This document shows, piece by piece, positions 62,401 through 64,000 of a stretch of 64,000 nucleotides of DNA (position 1 is its first letter; each line of letters begins with the position of its first letter). The notes beneath the pieces are model-generated. The model searched no databases, had not been told where the DNA came from, and saw only the letters and a list, made by a program, of their open reading frames with translations. The DNA is taken from NCBI RefSeq assembly GCF_963676685.1, contig NC_092352.1:43152001-43216000 (forward strand), given 5' to 3'. The position numbers and the translations under genes are program-made. The DNA is from Mytilus edulis (lineage: Eukaryota).

Positions 62401-64000
62401 TTGTTGATGATGGAATGTCTATGATAGCGTAAGTCAAGACTTATCAAGTCTGGGCAATTAAGTATTTTGAATAAATGCCATTATCATAAAATAAAACTCC
62501 ACAATATAAATGAAAATACTTCTTTTATTTCTTGGCATGATTTCACTAGTTGTTTGACAACAAACCATTAACACATTCATACAATATCTAACTGTGCTCA
62601 TATAGCGCCACTAATTTCTTTACAAAAGTCCATGTCATCTCATTTTTCAAGTGTTCTGCACATGCAAATGTTTGATTTGAGACTATAGAAAATTCCTAGT
62701 CCTGGTTCTTTATCCTAAAAATAAGTTTAAAAAAAATGAAAGTTTACGAACCCATTAGGATTTGACAGCAATCTTCTAAAAAAGTGTTCAAAATGCTGAA
62801 GAAAAAAAATTCTTGACTTTGTGGAGTGGTGAAATGTTTTTAATATGAATAAAATGTTGACACAGAGATATGTCTTTAAAGTGTCAACTAGTCAAAGCAA
62901 TTGGTAATGCCGCCAGTGAAAACTGTATGCAAAATCATGCTTTTGTAACTATGCTTGCAGGATAATAAAATATAAATATTGCAATTACATGGACTTTTGT
63001 GTAAGAAAAATAATACAAATTTGTAAATACTAATTTATTATAAAATATATCACAGATGATGCTTATATATAAATATGGAATGTGATAAAAAATGTAAAAG
63101 TTTAAATAAATTACTTTCCCTCTACCTGGACGGAACCATCACAATACTGAAAAACTTGTTAGTTATCTCGGACTAATTCAAAGAATTTCTTTTTTTTCTA
63201 CTTTGATAGCAGGAGAAAAAAATACATATAAAATATTTTGTACATAGAAGGCAACATAAGAAATTTAATTGTGAAGGCTTTTGAAACAAGACAAAATAAA
63301 GCAATGCTCTCAAAGCTTTTCTCTTGTTTCAAACAAAATATATATGTTGTTTTTATCCTGCAATTTACCCTTGACGTATTTAATTATTTATTTTTTTAAT
63401 CCCCAAGTTTTTGCCCTAGAATTTTATAGAAATCAACATGACTTAAATGAAGCCCTCTTAGAAGACAAAAAATTTAGAGACTGTCTTCCTTCAAAATAAA
63501 AAAAAAATTTATTTGTATTATTAATAAAAAATAAAGAAAAAAGTATATGTGCAATAGGTAGCTGATTGCAGAATAAATTTAATAATTTAGTCAATAAATA
63601 TATTTTCATGTACTTGCAATTGGATTTTTTAAATGCATATACTCATGAATCCTGAGAAGATTTGAAAAATTATGATTTTTATACAAATGGGATTAAACTT
63701 GAAAGATTGGATAAATGCTATAAAGAATTCTTTGTTTAAAAACATCAACTTGATGTCAAATAAAAAATGGTATTATCATTTTGTCTTTTGAAAGTGTAAA
63801 ATAATTTTTTTTTTAAAATTAGAGAAATTTTTTATATTAATTTTTAGTAAGTTGTACTATTCATTAAAAGATTGAAAATTTTTTTTTTATAAAAAGAGGT
63901 ACAAATGTAACATGAAATAAAACAATAGAAACAAAAAACTACAATCATAAATTTTGAAAAATGTGTATATTACACACTTCTAAAATCTTTAAAAAAGCAG

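Noticed and set aside
56300-64000. A fifth paralogue or another gene in the last 8 kb
   Set aside because: I found no CGN-x-C-x-C exon or credible ORF by eye, only dispersed repeats. A tblastn with the cassette would be decisive.

Overview
AT-rich eukaryotic genomic DNA with spliceosomal introns. The repeat families suggest a bivalve mollusc, probably a Mytilus-type mussel (inference). The window contains: (1) a two-coding-exon type-B carboxylesterase ending in HDEL (8428-14346, +). (2) A cluster of four paralogous 4-exon genes that the ORF track shows only in fragments: A 18576-21934 (-), B 31906-34221 (+), C 41941-47143 (+), D 53700-56090 (+). Each encodes a signal peptide, a paralogue-specific low-complexity region, and a shared 12-cysteine module split by conserved phase 2/1/0 introns; the second half of the module resembles a pacifastin/VWC domain. 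B and C also share an N-terminal motif and a positionally conserved D-x-G-P-x-RGD-x-P motif. (3) A tandem array of ~350-bp non-LTR retrozyme-like units carrying type I hammerhead ribozymes (about 597-2043, minus strand). (4) Non-autonomous DNA transposons (Kolobok-, MULE- and Harbinger-like), Penelope-like RT remnants, three tandem-repeat arrays, an inverted partial copy of a gene C exon, and a 100-N assembly gap. All gene models were spliced by hand from GT-AG sites and frame continuity; no database searches were run.
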